This document shows positions 60,712 through 64,000 of a stretch of DNA of 64,000 nucleotides, one piece after another. The notes beneath the pieces are model-generated. The model did no database searches, was not told the DNA's origin, and worked only from the letters and a program-made list of their open reading frames with translations. Numbering within the stretch: position 1 is the first letter of the stretch; the number at the start of each line of letters is the position of its first letter. The DNA comes from Lytechinus pictus (taxonomy: Eukaryota), in NCBI RefSeq assembly GCF_037042905.1, contig NC_087245.1:29018001-29082000 (forward strand), in the 5' to 3' direction. The translations under genes and the position numbers were made by a program.

Positions 60712-61314
60712 AGGACAAGTCCATCCCAACAAAAAATTGATTTGAATAAAAAAAGAAAAATCCAACAAGCGTAACACTGAAAATTTCATCAAAATCGGAT
60801 GTAAAATAAGAAAGTTATGACATTTTTAAGTTTCGCTTAATTTCTCAAAACAATTATATGCACATCCTGGTCGGTATGCAAATGAGGACACTGGTGACGT
60901 CATCCACTCACTATTTCTTTTGTATTTCATTATATGAAATATGAAATATTCTAATTTTCTCCTCATTGTCAAGTGAAACGGTGATCAATTCCTCTCTGAA
61001 CATGTGGAATTAGCATTGTTTAATACTATATGATTCAGTCAATTCGGTCCCTATGGTCAAATCTCTAAAAAATGAAATATTGTATAATTCAAACAATAAA
61101 AAACAAAAGAAATAGTGAGTGATGGACATCATCGACTGAATCATTTTCATGTCACGGAATTGTGCATATCACTGTTTTGTGAAAAATAAGCGAAACTTTA
61201 AAATGCCATAACTTTCTTATTTTACATCCGATTTTGATGAAATTTTTAGTGTTATGCTAGTTTGATTTTTCTCTATTTATTCAAATCAATAGTTTACTGG
61301 GGTGGACTTGACAT
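60712..61314. mobile_element. Kolobok-like MITE, full length
   Basis: TTAA|AGGACAAGTCCATCCCA ... TGGGGTGGACTTGACAT|TTAA. Confidence 0.88.
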
Positions 61315-62729
61315 TTAAGTTTGATATGTCAGGGATAAAACATGGATGAGGATCCACGTTTCATGACATGAAGTAATCCAATCTTCCCTTCGCTCCAATT
61401 TACTATCGGCAATAATCAAGGGAATAGGTTTTTGATACAAATATGTCGATGACAGCCTTATATTTTCTTTCATATATAAATATGGGCGTTAGTCTCACGA
61501 ACAGACCATGCGATGACCTTATCGACTTCATTTTTTAAATTCAATAGCAGGATTTCTCCTTTTGATACTCTTCCTGCCCCCCCCCCTGTTCTTCCACTTT
61601 TTCCCATCTTCGTCTTCGTCTCCATTTTCTTTTTCTTTCTACTTAAGAAATCACAGGGGCTGTCGCCCTTACCCCCTGTAGCCTCACCCATGGTCGTATC
61701 TGTTTATTTTGGGGGATGAATATTCGTGAAAGTAGCATTATTTTCTTAACTTTTCATAAGGAAAGGAATAATGTATCTATGGGAGAAGGTATTTATTTAT
61801 ACATGCATACTTCGTACAAATGGATCATGAATTTGAAAGGGAATTGCGGAATTGATGTGATGCATTGTATCTTCTATCGTTTTTGTACATGGAACGATGG
61901 AAGCCAATTGAAGCTAAATATCTCTGTATGCCTGCATTCATGGACCAAAATAATCTTGAGTGTTATTATGCATGATATCTTAATACGATGGACAAACCGT
62001 ACGACGTATAATGGCATAGAAGAAGAAAAAAATCATGGAAATACGAATGTTAAGTGTTTTCATTCATTTCATATTTTTATGATGAATGTGCATGCGTCAT
62101 GGGATTCAATTATACATGGAGCGTGCCGAGGGCAATAATGCTTTCTGATAATCAGCAGAAACCATGGCAACCATGCATAGACAGAAAAAAAAAACATATC
62201 ACATGGTGGCGTAAGACATGATTGGTCTTCAGAATCTATGTGTTGTCTTGACAATAACCATGATACTCATGGATTAATTGTATTGATGAAATATCGCCAG
62301 ATCGATGAATATCAGAATTTAACATGATTTAGCCAGTCACTGTTCTCTGATACCAGACAGGTTTCTTTTCCGCATTAATATACATGTATTAAGACAGCGA
62401 TTTCAAGAACTTTGCAAGCAATATGTTGTTGAAACTAATTTCAGACAATTAAAAGCCAATAACCGTCACAATTCTGCTACACAGTTAAAAAAATAGCACG
62501 TTGTTTACATGGTTTAAGCCTGTCACTCTAACAACAAGTTGTTAAATTACTTGTTGTAATTGTTTACACTTTTTAAACAGTTGTTAGAGTGACGGGCTTA
62601 AACCACGTGCTTTAAATTTTAATCAGTGTTTTTACAGTGTATAAGATGCAAGTATGTTGATAAAACATAATGTAAACGATTATGTTATAATATACATGTA
62701 GTGTCCGCTCTTCGGATTCCCTCTAGGAG

Positions 62730-62730
<1 letters not shown>

Positions 62731-62766
<36 letters not shown>

Positions 62767-62807
62767 GCTGCTGCTGCTGCTACGACTACTACTACTACTA
62801 TACTGCA

Positions 62808-62872
<65 letters not shown>

Positions 62873-62899
62873 TACTGCCACTACTACTACTACCACTAT

Positions 62900-62979
<80 letters not shown>

Positions 62980-63038
62980 ATAATAATAATAATACTACTA
63001 CCACTACTACAGCTACCACTACTACTACTACTACTACA
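62731..63038. repeat. Long (CTA)n microsatellite
   Basis: Seen directly. Confidence 0.97.
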
Positions 63039-64000
63039 CTGTAAAAAATGATGTGCTAATTTAGCATTTACAGTGCTTGTATAGTGACTGCACTATGAGT
63101 GCTGATTTTCTAGTTTAAATTTGAACTACTACTACTACTACTACTACACTGCTACTAAACTGCTGCCACTCCTAAGTACCCCCCCCCCCCTCCTTACACC
63201 ATGACCACTGCTATAATTCTGGTATATATACCTTTGGGGGGTAATGACTGCATTCTTGTCAAATTTACAGCGCTTGACATGAAATGCAATTACACCATGG
63301 ATTAAGCTGATATTTCACAAGTCACGTCTTAAATCATTATGGGGTAATAGGTGATAGGGTGCATCATCATTACCTGTATATAGTGATCTGAACAGACGGA
63401 CCGGCTGAAAGACCAGCCTACCTTGCACACATATGGTAGATATAGAGTGGACCTGGAAGTACTACGAACCCGCTGTGGGTAGGTAGCCCGTACTTTCGGC
63501 TTGGGACTTGGGGATACCCTAGAAGAGCAATTTCCAAAGTTTCCGCTTTCTCTCGATAAGAAATTGAGTTTTATCAGCGTCAGACCATCATAAATTACTT
63601 TCCCTCCGATTTTTCGAATTAATAATGCTATCTATTTCTTTTGGCGAGCAAACTAGCGAACAACACCGGTCATTATACTCCAGTGTTAGATTTAATATTA
63701 GTTCAATGCCTATATTACAACACCTTTAGTCGTTAACATGGTTAACACTCTTTGGCTTTATGTTCAAATAAAGGGTGTGGCCGTCTTGGGACATCAACGG
63801 GTGTCAGTTTAACACCCCAGTTTGTAGAGCGTAAGAAGGCTCTATCTCGCTCTCTCTACCCAGGAGTGGATATGTGTGACTCCTGGGACGATCGTGATCA
63901 AAACTAATAACAAAAGTTGCATCTGTTACCGTGTTTACACGTGCATCGGCATGATCGGCTCTCGGTTGCACACCGCGAGTCGACGCAGCGTGTAAACACG

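Noticed and set aside
54830..64000. BMP5-8 signal-peptide/first coding exon
   Set aside because: No phase-1 exon with BMP prodomain N-terminal features was found by eye; it probably lies beyond the window.

Overview
Eukaryotic, AT-rich, repeat-dense genomic DNA, most likely from a sea urchin (inferred from the BMP5-8/DVR1-type protein and the repeat families). Two spliced genes lie on the minus strand. Epsilon-tubulin (TUBE1) has 9 coding exons from ATG 26725 down to 2750 and continues off the left edge. The 3' part of a BMP5-8 (60A/BMP5/6/7/8 class) gene runs from 54829 to the stop at 47124; its 5' exon(s) were not found in the window. Between them is an intronless 342-aa plus-strand ORF of unknown function. 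The top finding is a tandemly duplicated, apparently mutually exclusive exon pair in BMP5-8 (48971-49050 and 48773-48855). It swaps the segment just before the first cystine-knot cysteine from [11 protein letters not shown] to the polybasic [12 protein letters not shown]. Other notable items are a dead DD38E Tc1-like element with a rearranged right end, an AcademH-like element retaining a RecQ-helicase fragment, nested MITE stacks, and over-represented TACATGTA/TAGGCCTA palindromes. All calls were made by eye; no database searches were run.
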